From positions 24,490,001 to 24,554,000 of the forward strand of contig OZ024758.1 of assembly GCA_964016885.1 (NCBI GenBank): a stretch of DNA of 64,000 nt, given 5' to 3'. A model generated the notes under the pieces. That model did not search any database. It was not told where the DNA came from and was given only the letters and a program-made list of their open reading frames with translations. This document shows, in pieces, positions 23,525-35,925 of the stretch. Within the stretch, counting starts at the first letter, position 1. Every line of letters starts with the position of its first letter. Source of the DNA: Eledone cirrhosa (Eukaryota). Both the position numbers and the translations under genes were made by a program.

Positions 23525-26500
23525 CACAGACTGGGGAGTTGTTTGGTGTAGTTAGATGAGGAAAAGTAGTACCCTCACAGACTGTGGGGGGGGGGTAGTT
23601 AGATGAGGAAAAGTAGTACCCTCACAGACTGTGGGGGGGGGGTAGTTAGATGAGGAAAAGTAGTACCCTCACAGACTGGGGGGGGGGTAGTTAGATGAAG
23701 GAAAGTAGTACCCTCACAGACTGGGGAGATTGGTGTAGTTAGATGAGGAAAAGTAGTACCCTCACAGACTGGGGGGTTTGGTGTAGTTAGATGAAGGAAA
23801 GTAGTACCCTCACAGACTGGGGGAGGAGGGGGGTGTAGTTAGATGAAGGAAAGTAGTACCCTCACAGACTGGAGAGTTTGATGTAGTTAGATGAGGAAAA
23901 GTAGTACCCTCACAGACTGGGGAGATTGGTGTAGTTAGATGAGGGAAAGTAGTACCCTCACAGACTGGGGGGCGGTGTAGTTAGATGAGGGAAAGTAGTA
24001 CCCTCACAGACTGGGGAGATTGATGTAGTTAGATGAGGAAAAGTAGTACCCTCACAGACTGGGGAGATTGATGTAGTTAGATGAGGAAAAGTAGTACCCT
24101 CACAGACTGGGGAGATTGATGTAGTTAGATGAGGAAAAGTAGTACCCTCACAGACTGGGGAGATTGATGTAGTTAGATGAGGAAAAGTAGTACCCTCACA
24201 GACTGGGGAGATTGATGTAGTTAGATGAGGAAAAGTAGTACCCTCACAGACTGGGGAGATTGATGTAGTTAGATGAGGAAAAGTAGTACCCTCACAGACT
24301 GGGGGGTTTGATGTAGTTAGATGAAGGAAAGTAGTACCCTCACAGACTGGGGAGATTGGTGTAGTTAGATGAGGAAAAGTAGTACCCTCACAGACTGGGG
24401 AGATTGGTGTAGTTAGATGAGGAAAAGTAGTACCCTCACAGACTGGGGAGATTGGTGTAGTTAGATGGGGAAAAGTAGTACCCTCACAGACTGGGGAGAT
24501 TGGTGTAGTTAGATGAGGAAAAGTAGTACCCTCACAGACTGGGGGGTTTGATGTAGTTAGATGAAGGAAAGTAGTACCCTCACAGACTGGGGAGTTTGGT
24601 GTAGTTAGATGAGGGAAAGTAGTACCCTCACAGACTGGGGAGATTGGTGTAGTTAGATGAGGAAAAGTAGTACCCTCACAGACTGGGGGGTTGTGATGTA
24701 GTTAGATGAAGGAAAGTAGTACCCTCACAGACTGGGGAGTTTGGTGTAGTTAGATGAGGGAAAGTAGTACCCTCACAGACTGGGGGGGGGGGTAGTTAGA
24801 TGAGGGAAAGTAGTACCCTCACAGACTGGGGAGATTGATGTAGTTAGATGAGGAAAAGTAGTACCCTCACAGACTGGGGGGTTTGGTGTAGTTAGATGAG
24901 GAAAAGTAGTACCCTCACAGACTGGGGAGTTTGGTGTAGTTAGATGAGGAAAAGTAGTACCCTCACAGACTGGGGAGTTTGATGTAGTTAGATGAAGGAA
25001 AGTAGTACCCTCACAGACTGGGGGGTTTGATGTAGTTAGATGAAGGAAAGTAGTACCCTCACAGACTGGGGGGTTTGGTGTAGTTAGATGAGGAAAAGTA
25101 GTACCCTCACAGACTGGGGGGGGGTAGTTAGATGAGGGAAAGTAGTACCCTCACAGACTGGGGGGTTTGATGTAGTTAGATGAAGGAAAGTAGTACCCTC
25201 ACAGACTGGGGAGATTGGTGTAGTTAGATGAAGGAAAGTAGTACCCTCACAGACTGGGGGGTTTGATGTAGTTAGATGAGGGAAAGTAGTACCCTCACAG
25301 ACTGGGGGGTTTGGTGTAGTTAGATGAGGGAAAGTAGTACCCTCACAGACTGGGGGGTTTGATGTAGTTAGATGAAGGAAAGTAGTACCCTCACAGACTG
25401 GGGGGTTTGGTGTAGTTAGATGAGGGAAAGTAGTACCCTCACAGACTGGGGGGTTTGGTGTAGTTAGATGAAGGAAAGTAGTACCCTCACAGACTGGGGG
25501 GTTTGATGTAGTTAGATGAGGGAAAGTAGTACCCTCACAGACTGGGGGGTTTGGTGTAGTTAGATGAAGGAAAGTAGTACCCTCACAGACTGGGGAGTTT
25601 GGTGTAGTTAGATGAAGGAAAGTAGTACCCTCACAGACTGGGGGGTTTGATGTAGTTAGATGAAGGAAAGTAGTACCCTCACAGACTGGGGGGTTTGATG
25701 TAGTTAGATGAAGGAAAGTAGTACCCTCACAGACTGGGGAGTTTGGTGTAGTTAGATGAGGGAAAGTAGTACCCTCACAGACTGGGGGGTTTGATGTAGT
25801 TAGATGAAGGAAAGTAGTACCCTCACAGACTGGGGGGTTTGATGTAGTTAGATGAAGGAAAGTAGTACCCTCACAGACTGGGGGGTTTGATGTAGTTAGA
25901 TGAAGGAAAGTAGTACCCTCACAGACTGGGGAGTTTGGTGTAGTTAGATGAGGGAAAGTAGTACCCTCACAGACTGGGAGGTTTGGTGTAGTTAGATGAA
26001 GGAAAGTAGTACCCTCACAGACTGGGGGGTTTGATGTAGTTAGATGAAGGAAAGTAGTACCCTCACAGACTGGGGAGTTTGGTGTAGTTAGATGAGGGAA
26101 AGTAGTACCCTCACAGACTGGGAGGTTTGGTGTAGTTAGATGAAGGAAAGTAGTACCCTCACAGACTGGGGGGTTTGATGTAGTTAGATGAAGGAAAGTA
26201 GTACCCTCACAGACTGGGGGGTTTGGTGTAGTTAGATGAAGGAAAGTAGTACCCTCACAGACTGGGGGGTTTGATGTAGTTAGATGAAGGAAAGTAGTAC
26301 CCTCACAGACTGGGGGGTTTGATGTAGTTAGATGAAGGAAAGTAGTACCCTCACAGACTGGGGAGTTTGGTGTAGTTAGATGAAGGAAAGTAGTACCCTC
26401 ACAGACTGGGGAGATTGATGTAGTTAGATGAGGGAAAGTAGTACCCTCACAGACTGGGGGGTTTGGTGTAGTTAGATGAGGGAAAGTAGTACCCTCACAG

Positions 26501-27990
26501 ACTGGGGAGATTGATGTAGTTAGATGAGGAAAAGTAGTACCCTCACAGACTGGGGAGTTTGGTGTAGTTAGATGAAGGAAAGTAGTACCCTCACAGACTG
26601 GGGAGATTGATGTAGTTAGATGAGGGAAAGTAGTACCCTCACAGACTGGGGGGTTTGGTGTAGTTAGATGAGGGAAAGTAGTACCCTCACAGACTGGGGG
26701 GTTTGGTGTAGTTAGATGAGGAAAAGTAGTACCCTCACAGACTGGGGGGTTTGGTGTAGTTAGATGAGGGAAAGTAGTACCCTCACAGACTGGGGGGTTT
26801 GGTGTAGTTAGATGAAGGAAAGTAGTACCCTCACAGACTGGGGAGATTGATGTAGTTAGATGAGGGAAAGTAGTACCCTCACAGACTGGGGGGTTTGGTG
26901 TAGTTAGATGAGGGAAAGTAGTACCCTCACAGACTGGGGAGATTGATGTAGTTAGATGAGGAAAAGTAGTACCCTCACAGACTGGGGGGTTTGGTGTAGT
27001 TAGATGAGGGAAAGTAGTACCCTCACAGACTGGGGGGTTTGGTGTAGTTAGATGAGGAAAAGTAGTACCCTCACAGACTGGGGGGTTTGGTGTAGTTAGA
27101 TGAGGGAAAGTAGTACCCTCACAGACTAGGGAGATTGATGTAGTTAGATGAGGGAAAGTAGTACCCTCACAGACTGGGGAGATTGGTGTAGTTAGATGAG
27201 GAAAAGTAGTACCCTCACAGACTGGGGGGGGGGGGGGTAGTTAGATGAGGAAAAGTAGTACCCTCACAGACTGGGAGGTTTGGTGTAGTCAGTCTAGAGA
27301 AACTGTGCCCTCACAGACTGGGGAGATTGGTGTAGTTAGATGAGGAAAAGTAGTACCCTCACAGACTGGGGAGTTTGGTGTAGTTAGATGAAGGAAAGTA
27401 GTACCCTCACAGACTGGGGAGTTTGGTGTAGTTAGATGAGGAAAAGTAGTACCCTCACAGACTGGGGAGATTGGTGTAGTTAGATGAGGAAAAGTAGTAC
27501 CCTCACAGACTGGGGAGATTGGTGTAGTTAGATGAGGAAAAGTAGTACCCTCACAGACTGGGGAGATTGGTGTAGTTAGATGAGGAAAAGTAGTACCCTC
27601 ACAGACTGGGGAGATTGGTGTAGTTAGATGAGGAAAAGTAGTACCCTCACAGACTGGGGAGATTGGTGTAGTTAGATGAGGAAAAGTAGTACCCTCACAG
27701 ACTGGGGAGATTGGTGTAGTTAGATGAGGAAAAGTAGTACCCTCACAGACTGGGGGGTTTGGTGTAGTTAGATGAGGGACAGTAGTACTCTCACAGACTG
27801 GGGAGATTGGTGTAGTTAGATGAGGAAAAGTAGTACCCTCACAGACTGGGGAGATTGGTGTAGTTAGATGGGGAAAAGTAGTACCCTCACAGACTGGGGA
27901 GTTTGGTGTAGTTAGATAGGGAAAAGTAGTACCCTCACAGACTGGGAGGTTTGGTGTAGTCAGTCTAGAGAAACTGTGCCCTCACAGACT
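23525..27990. repeat. 48-bp minisatellite, about 93 copies
   Basis: Unit cacagactgggg(a/g)g(a/t)ttg(g/a)tgtagttagatga(g/a)g(a/g)aaagtagtaccct. Confidence 0.97.
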
Positions 27991-29252
27991 ATGTATTCAG
28001 AGTATAGACCACCAACACTAGAGAAGTTGTCATTCCTTTCACACAACTAAAAAGTCCTTTTGACCCTTTATTGACACAGTTTCTACAGCTGGATGTCCTT
28101 CCTATCACCAACCACTTTACAGAGTGTACTTGGTACATGTTTTCATGAAACCAACACTAGAGGAATTATCAGATCGTAAAAAGTTCATTGATTTTGTCAC
28201 CAGCAAGGAATAGAAGAAGATAGATAGTAAAAGATGACATCAAAGTACACTGTATCAATAATATCGATATTAACATATCCTCAGAAGACTCATTGGAATG
28301 GAAAGCAACAGGTAAAAGAACAGCACAAGTAATAAAATCATGACACTGCCATAAACTCTGACAGTATGAGAGGTGGCTGAAAAGTTCATAGGCTGATTAT
28401 GAATGAAGGAGTGATGCTAGGGTTGTGAAATCTTGCATGCATTGTTTCTTTCCAGGAACTTGCATACAAGTTTTGGCGAAAAGTTCATAGGCTGACTATG
28501 AAGTAGTGATGTTAGAGCTGTGAAATCTTGCATGCATTAATTTCAACTCTTTCTGTAATAACTGCATTGTTTCTTTCCAGGAACTTGCATACAAGTTTCG
28601 GCGAAAAGTTCATAGGCTGACTTTGAAGTAGTGATGCTAGAGCTGTGAAATCTTGCATGCATTAATTTCAACTCTTTCTGTAATAGCTGCATTGTATTCT
28701 TTCCAGGAACTTGCATACAAGGGTCGGCGAAAAGTTCATAGGGTGACTATGAAGGAGTGATGCTAGAGCTGTGAAATCTTGCATGCATTAATTTCAACTC
28801 TTCTTATTAATAACTGCATAGAGTTGAGAGTAACCTATAGTCTTTACAAGGACATGAGAACCTCTCTATTACTTGTACCATGATAAAATGCACCCAGTAC
28901 TCTCTGTAAAGAGGTTGGTGTTAGGATGGTCATCAACACATAGAAACGATCCCCAAATTGAAATGTATGACCACTAAGTGATGTTGTGTGTTCTTTTCTT
29001 GTCTCTCTCTCTATCTATCTATCTATCTATCTCTCTCTCTCTCTCATCAACCTTTCTCTGACTCACATATCTACAACTGATTTTAATAAATGATAAATGG
29101 ATATATATATATATATATATGGATATATATATATATATATATGGATATATATACCCAAAGATTAATCAACGGATACAATTTTACAATAGATTAGAAGCCA
29201 ATACTGGAATTGAATAATCAAAACCGCAGCGGTATGTCACATATCAAATCTT

Positions 29253-29317
29253 ATATTTCATCTGATAAAAACGTACTTAAACACCATTTTACCTTTGAAA
29301 TATGTATAATAAAATAT
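29253..29317 (+). ncRNA. Degenerate hammerhead motif
   Basis: atatttcat CTGATAA ... GAAA tatgta TA ataaaatat. The core has a G>A change and helix II is weak, so it is probably inactive. Confidence 0.45.
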
Positions 29318-29442
29318 ATGTTTTGATTATGAGAATATTTTGTATTTATTAACATTTTGAATCATATATGGATATATATATATATATATATATATCCATA
29401 TATGATTAGTGGTTAGAGCATATATATATATATATCCATATA

Positions 29443-29778
29443 TGGCTTAGTGGTTAGAGCATTGGCCTTGCAATCAAAAGGTTGTGAGTTCAATTCTCAG
29501 ACCGGGTGATGTGTTGTTTCCTTGAGCAAGACACTTTATTTCACATTGCTCCAGTTTACTCAGCTGTAGAAATGAGATGATAGGGACAGGGGTCCATATC
29601 ATTCCACTGCAAAGTGGTCGTGGAGGTGCCATGGCAAAAAAGCATCCAGCACTCACTGTAAATGAGGTTGGTGTTAGGAAGGGCATCCAGCTGTAGAAAT
29701 CAAGCCAGAATCAGTTCCCGTCCCACCCTTGCAAGCAGGGAAAAAGCGGACGTGAAATGAAATGATGATGAATGATGA
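29443..29778 (+). mobile_element. SINE-B copy
   Basis: Full-length, with A/B boxes and a (GAT)n tail. Confidence 0.88.
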
Positions 29779-30037
29779 TCATATACACATACATCTACCC
29801 GTCTATGGCTAATACCATGATCAATCAACTTTCTGAAATGATCGTAAAACAATGAACAGATTTATCACTAACCTTTGTCTTTTGCATTTATTATTCAACA
29901 CACACACACACACATACTCACACACATACACACACATATAATAATACAAGGACCATTTGTTATGCCTTCATTACGTTCACCTTGGTAAACCTACAGTAAC
30001 TTCATGTTACTCTCCCTATATATATATATATATATAT

Positions 30038-30423
30038 ATCCAGGAAGCTCCAACCGTTAAGGTTGTCTTTTTTCCGGGTATGTCAATATTTAGTTATAAA
30101 ACAAATCTGTATTTTATCTGATGAAAGCGCACCGTAATTTGTCTTGGTTGCCCTTGAAATATATATAATAAAATAAATATGGTTTTATAAATATAGTTTC
30201 CATTTATTAATATATTATGTATGCCGAGGTTAACTTTGCCTGTCATCCTTACGGGGTCGATAAAATAAAGTACCAGTAATGTACTGAGTAATTGCTGGCC
30301 TTGTGCCTAACGTAGAAACAATTAATATATTATGTATTTACTCCACTAACCTGTTGAGTGCTTTATATCAGTTATAAAAATGTTTAAGCTTGTTGAATCC
30401 CAACAAATTAAATATAACCTCTG

Positions 30424-30424
<1 letters not shown>
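30038..30424 (+). mobile_element. Family 1 hammerhead element with a SINE inserted
   Basis: Near-identical to 1557-2001. The SINE fragment at 30223-30320 is flanked by a 17-bp TSD, attaatatattatgtat. Confidence 0.7.
30110..30175 (+). ncRNA. Type I hammerhead ribozyme motif (family 1)
   Basis: Perfect 8-bp helix I tattttat/ataaaata, CTGATGA, helix II, GAAA, palindromic tatata, AUA site. Predicted cut after 30167. Confidence 0.75.
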
Positions 30425-30500
<76 letters not shown>

Positions 30501-30505
<5 letters not shown>

Positions 30506-30693
30506 AACCAGTAAGACCCCGACAGCTGAGCTCAAGCCGTTTCGACGGCTAATTCTAGTCCAGAATTATCCGTCGAAACGGCTTGAGCTCAGCTGTCGGG
30601 GTCTTACTGGTTCCTATTATCCACTCTACTACCTCAAGTATTGAGTACTTTGGTGCGTTATGGTCCACCTGGTTCCTTACCACATTTCCTTCG

Positions 30694-30695
<2 letters not shown>
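30501..30695. mobile_element. Inverted-pair element with hammerhead 3' half (family 4)
   Basis: Palindrome 30501-30617. cGAAA cggcttgagctcagctg TC ggggtc gives helix III with a palindromic tgagctca and a GUC site. The CTGATGA half is missing at the inversion point. Confidence 0.55.
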
Positions 30696-30744
<49 letters not shown>

Positions 30745-30772
30745 ATCAAAAGATGGTTAAATGAGTTCCATG

Positions 30773-30843
30773 TATTTTATTATCCGCATTTCAAAAACAA
30801 ATATCATCATGCAATAACATTTGTGTTTTCATCAGATAAAATA
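30773..30843 (-). ncRNA. Type I hammerhead ribozyme motif (family 2)
   Basis: Inverted copy of 30932-31002 with one helix III mismatch (tgcgga). Confidence 0.7.
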
Positions 30844-30931
30844 GGAGGACATGATATGAAGGTTAAAAACACTTGTGGATAGTGCAGTTTTAAATCAACA
30901 TAGTGTTTTTAGCCTTCATATCATGTCCTCC

Positions 30932-31002
30932 TATTTTATCTGATGAAAACACAAATGTTATTGCATGATGATATTTGTTTTTGAAATGCGCATAATAAAA
31001 TA
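30932..31002 (+). ncRNA. Type I hammerhead ribozyme motif (family 2)
   Basis: tattttat CTGATGA [aaacacaaatgtta..tgatatttgttttt] GAAA tgcgca TA ataaaata. All three helices pair. Predicted cut after 30994. Confidence 0.8.
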
Positions 31003-31147
31003 CATGGAACTCATTTAACCATCTTTTGATCTTATATATTATGTATACTCCAGTCCTACAAACTGTAGAGTGCTTCTTATCCGATATCTGCATTGCTTTA
31101 TTGTACTACAATAAAACTCACCTCCTACATATATATATATATATATA

Positions 31148-31560
31148 GGCAGACCTAGAAAAACCTGGGACGAGCTGATAAACTCCGACCTCACACACTT
31201 ACACCTCTCCAAGACAATGTCACTGGACCGAGACCTTTGGCGGTACTCAGTAATAGAGAAGACCCGCCTTACCTAAATACATAGTAAAACCTACTACAGT
31301 CAGTAGGCATCTCTAACAAAATACACCCCCGCCAGACAGTCCACGCTGTAATGTGGCCGTGTAGGCAACACGGTAAAAACCTCCCAGACCCACACTGTAA
31401 ACGTGGTTGGTGTTAGGAAGGGCATCCAACTGTAGAAAACCCGCCAGACAGTCCTATGCGAGCAAGACAATCACTCTTGCCTCAAGTGGGAAAACCCCCG
31501 TCCAAACCCATGCAAGCGTGGAACACGGACGTTAAACGTTGATGATGATGATGATGATGA
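31148..31560 (+). mobile_element. 5'-truncated RTE LINE 3' end
   Basis: GRPRKTWDELINSDLTHLHLSKTMSLDRDLWR, then 3'UTR and (GAT)n. Same family as 47162-50060. Confidence 0.85.
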
Positions 31561-31968
31561 TATACATATACATATTCATAGAGTAATTGGAAGAACTCAG
31601 CATGAGCCAAAACACTTCTTTTTAAGTAATATTTTACCCAACCTGCCATTGACGGCATTTTGCTGTTTTAACAGCTTCCTTATGCTGAGTTCCTCCAATT
31701 AATCTATGAATTCTAATACATTTGTGTTTCAAACTCGATATTCAAGATACATTTGTTTATATATATATATATAAATATTATATGTATACCCTTGCAAGCA
31801 GGGAAGAGCAGACGTAAAATGATGATGATGATGATGATGATGATATATCAATGATATTAATAAATGGAAACTATATTTATAAAACCACATTTATTTTATT
31901 ATATATATATATATATATAATAAAATAAATATGGTTTTAGAAATATAGTTTCCATTTATTAATATCAT

Positions 31969-32005
<37 letters not shown>

Positions 32006-32016
32006 CATATAATATG

Positions 32017-32092
<76 letters not shown>

Positions 32093-32129
32093 TATGTATA
32101 TATATATAATATATATATATATGCATACA

Positions 32130-34200
32130 TATAATATCTCTCTCAATTCGTTTATACTTTGCCGTTCACGTATATTACTATTACACATCCATTGGAGCAT
32201 GCAAGCTTCGTTTCTTTCTAATCTGCGCAAGTCTTCTACAGACAGCGCCCGGGTTTCACTACCATGTAACATTGCTGTTCGTATACACGCATCATACAGT
32301 CTGCCTTTCATTTTGAGGGACAAGCCTTTTGCAGCTAGCAGTGGCAGTAACTCCGTGAACTTCTTCCATCCTGTTCTTCCCCTAGTTATTGTACTTTCCG
32401 AACACCCACCTCCGCTGCTAATTCGGTCACCTAGGTCGCAGAAGCTGTCTACTGTTTCTACAGAGCCCTCCCACAGTTTGGTGGTGCTTGTTTCCTGTGG
32501 TCGTTTGCTGCTTGCTGTCCCAGCACAGCTGCTGCATGTGAAGCCTACATTCTTAGTTAAACTTCCTGAGATCCCACTACATCTCTTGTGTACCCATTGT
32601 TTGCATTTGGGGCAGAGGATGGAGTTCCTACCTACACCTTTCCTACATACTGAGCAAGGCCATTTGCCTGAGGGGATCTGGGTTCTGTTTTCTCATCTAC
32701 TTACAAGAACCTTAGTCTTTGTCAGGTTGACTTTGAGACCCTTTCTTTCTAGTCCCTGCTTCCATGTTTGAAATTTCTTCTCTAGTTCCACCATGGATTC
32801 AGCTATAAGTGCGAGATCATCCACATATAGTTCCCATGGGCATCCGGTCTTAAACTCCTCCGTTATTGCCTGCAAAACTATAATGAACAGGAGAGGGCTA
32901 AGAACAGAGTCCTGGTGGACACCAACCTTTATGCTAAATTCCTCGCTATAGTCATTGCTAACTCTAACTTTGCTGACTGCTCCTCTATACATGGCTTGTA
33001 CAGCTTTCACAAGCCATTCATCTACTCCTAATTTTCTAAGAGCCCACCAGATTATAGCACGGGGCACTCTGTCGAAGGCTTTTCCAGATCGACAAATGCC
33101 AGGTAGAGTGGCTTACTTTTAGCTAGGTACTTTTCGTGTGCCTTTCCCTGGTACAAACCCAAATTGCAATCAACTGTGCTATAACTCTTTCCGTTACTTT
33201 CATGACCTGGTCCATCAGCTTTATACCTCTATAGTTTCCTCTATCTAGTGATAAAGGTGATATAGTTCCCTCTATCACCTTTACCTTTGTAACAGTTGAC
33301 AATGATGCTGTTGCACCAATCCTTTGGTATGATACCCTCTAGTATTACCTGGTTAACAATTCGTGTGGTTATGGTGTGACCTACCGACCCAGATGCCTTC
33401 AGCATCTCGGCAGCTATACCCGATGGACCGGTTGCCTTCCATGTCTTTATATCTTTTTGATTGCCTTACTTACTACGCTGCTGCTGACTTGTACTGCTGG
33501 CCCCTCTATAGGGACCGCTTGGGGTAGGGTCTCTTTTTTCCATGCATTCTCCTCGTTTAATAATCTTTCATAATGGCTCTTCCACGCAACTTTCTTCTTG
33601 GCATTTGTGAGGGCAAGCTCACCATTATCATTCCGGATACACTTCTCTCCAATGACATCACAATTCTCTCTGACACACTGCCTTACAATCTTGAACACTT
33701 CCTGTTTCTGGTCCTCACGTTGCAAAAATGCTTGAATTTTCTATCCTCTGCTTCCCTCCTAGCTAAGTATACTTGGCGCCTAGCTTCCCTCCTGGTCTCT
33801 ACGTAATGTACCCTGCTACCCCCCATTCTTCCATTCTTTCCATGCCTGTCTCTTAGCCTTAACTGCCTCATCTACCTTATTGTTCCACCACCAAGTCACT
33901 CTCCTCCTCCCTGTGGACTTGCTCAGATCTCGTCTATCGCCTTTAGTAAGTTATTTTTTAGGAACTCCCAGTGCTCTTCTACATTGAATGTCTCTATCTG
34001 TCCTTCTTTACTGTCATAGGCGTTGAGTAGAATATCTTTAAACCTGCTACTGACTGAGGGGTCTTTCAGCTTCCAGATCTTTCTTCTCCAGGTTGCCTTC
34101 TGTTTCCAAGTTCGTCTAATTTTGACAGCGAAGTCGCTGACAACTAAGTTATGTTGGGAGGTACATTCCTCAACAGGGAAGGCTTTTGTGTTTACAACCG
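32130..34200 (-). mobile_element. Decayed RTE-clade LINE (reverse transcriptase region)
   Basis: Frameshifted pieces: WWALRKLGVDEWLV, GVHQDSVLSPLLFIIV, ELYVDDL, KMKGRLYDACIRTAMLHGSET. Confidence 0.93.
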
Positions 34201-34397
34201 TCCATCTACATATTATATGTATATGTATATATCATCATCATCATCATCATCAACGTTTAACGTCCGTGTTCCACGCTTGCATGGGTTTGGACGGGGGTAG
34301 TCCCACTTGAGGCAAGAGTGATTTTCTTGCTCGCATAGGACTGTCTGGCAGGTTTTCTACGGCTGGATGCCCTTCCTAACACCAACCACATTTACAG

Positions 34398-34441
<44 letters not shown>

Positions 34442-34711
34442 CATATTATATGTATGTATATATATATATATATATACACATACATACATATTATATGTAT
34501 ATATATATATATATATTTACATACATGTAATATGTATGTATATATAATCATCATCATCATCATCATCATCAGGTTTAGCGTCCGTGTTCCACGCTTGCAT
34601 GGGTTTGGACGGGGGTTTTCCCACTTGAGGCAATATATATATATATATACACATACATACATATTATATGTATATATATATATATATATTTACATACATG
34701 TAATATGTATG

Positions 34712-34774
<63 letters not shown>

Positions 34775-35063
34775 CATACATACATGTAATATGTATATAT
34801 ATATATATCTACATACATACAATATATATGTATGTATATATACACATACATATAATATGTATGTAGATGTATACAAACAATATATATGTATGTATATATA
34901 TATATACATACATATAATATGTATGTAGATGTATACATACATATAATATGTATGTAGATGTATACATACATATATATATGTATGTAGATGTATGTATGTA
35001 TATATTTATGAAAAAAAAAATATATATATATATATATAAAAATAAAATATATATATATATAAA

Positions 35064-35102
<39 letters not shown>

Positions 35103-35160
35103 GTATATATATATATATATAAAATATGTATATATATATATAAAATATGTATATATATAT

Positions 35161-35647
35161 CATCATCATCATCATCGTTTAACGTCCGTGTTCCATGCTT
35201 GCATGGGTTTGGACGGGAGTTTTCCCACTTGAGGCAAGAGTGGTTGTCTTGCTCGCATAGGACTGTCTGGCGGGTTTTCTACAGTTGGATGCCCTTCCTA
35301 ACACCAACCACATTTACAATGTGGGTCTGGGAGGTTTTTACCGTGTTGCCTACACGGTCACATTACAGCGTGGACTGTGTGTTTTTTTTTTTCGTGACAC
35401 CTACACGATCTCATTTGTTTCGGCCTGGATGTTGTGGCACCAACATAACTTTACATTGAAAGGGGCGGTGTGGATGGGGTGGGGGTAGTGGGACGGGGGT
35501 GTATTTTGTTAGAGATGCCTACTGACTGTAGTAGGTTTTACTTTGTATTTAGGTAATGCGGGTCTTCTCTGTTACTGAGTACCGCCAAAGGTCTCGGTCC
35601 AGTGACATTGTCTTGGAGAGGTGTAAGTGACATTGTCTTGGAGAGGT
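35161..35647 (-). mobile_element. 5'-truncated RTE LINE 3' end
   Basis: HLSKTMSLDRDLWRYSVTEKTR plus 3'UTR and (GAT)n. Further tail fragments lie at 34232-34398 and 34548-34631. Confidence 0.85.
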
Positions 35648-35925
35648 ATATGTATATATATATATATAAAATATGTATATATATATATATAAAATATGTA
35701 TATAATATAAAATATGTATATATAATATATAATATATATATATAAAATATGTATATATAATATATATATATAATATGTATATATATATATAATATGTATA
35801 TATATATATAATATGTATATATATATATATAATATGTATATATATATAATATGTATATATATATATATATATGTATATAATATGTATATATATATATATA
35901 ATATGTACATATATTTTCATTTTAG

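Larger units (their letters stand above)
30740..31128. mobile_element. Inverted-pair hammerhead element (family 2) in (TA)n
   Basis: About 130-bp inverted arms spanning 30740-31035, followed by a unique tail with AATAAA. Confidence 0.68.

Noticed and set aside
23525-27990. CRISPR-like array
   Set aside because: The variable parts are minor variants of one unit, not unique spacers. The context is eukaryotic and there are no cas genes. The same applies to 39072-40943.
31574-31710. 30-bp inverted arms as another ribozyme element
   Set aside because: The inverted repeat is real, but no hammerhead core is visible on either strand, so it is left unclassified.
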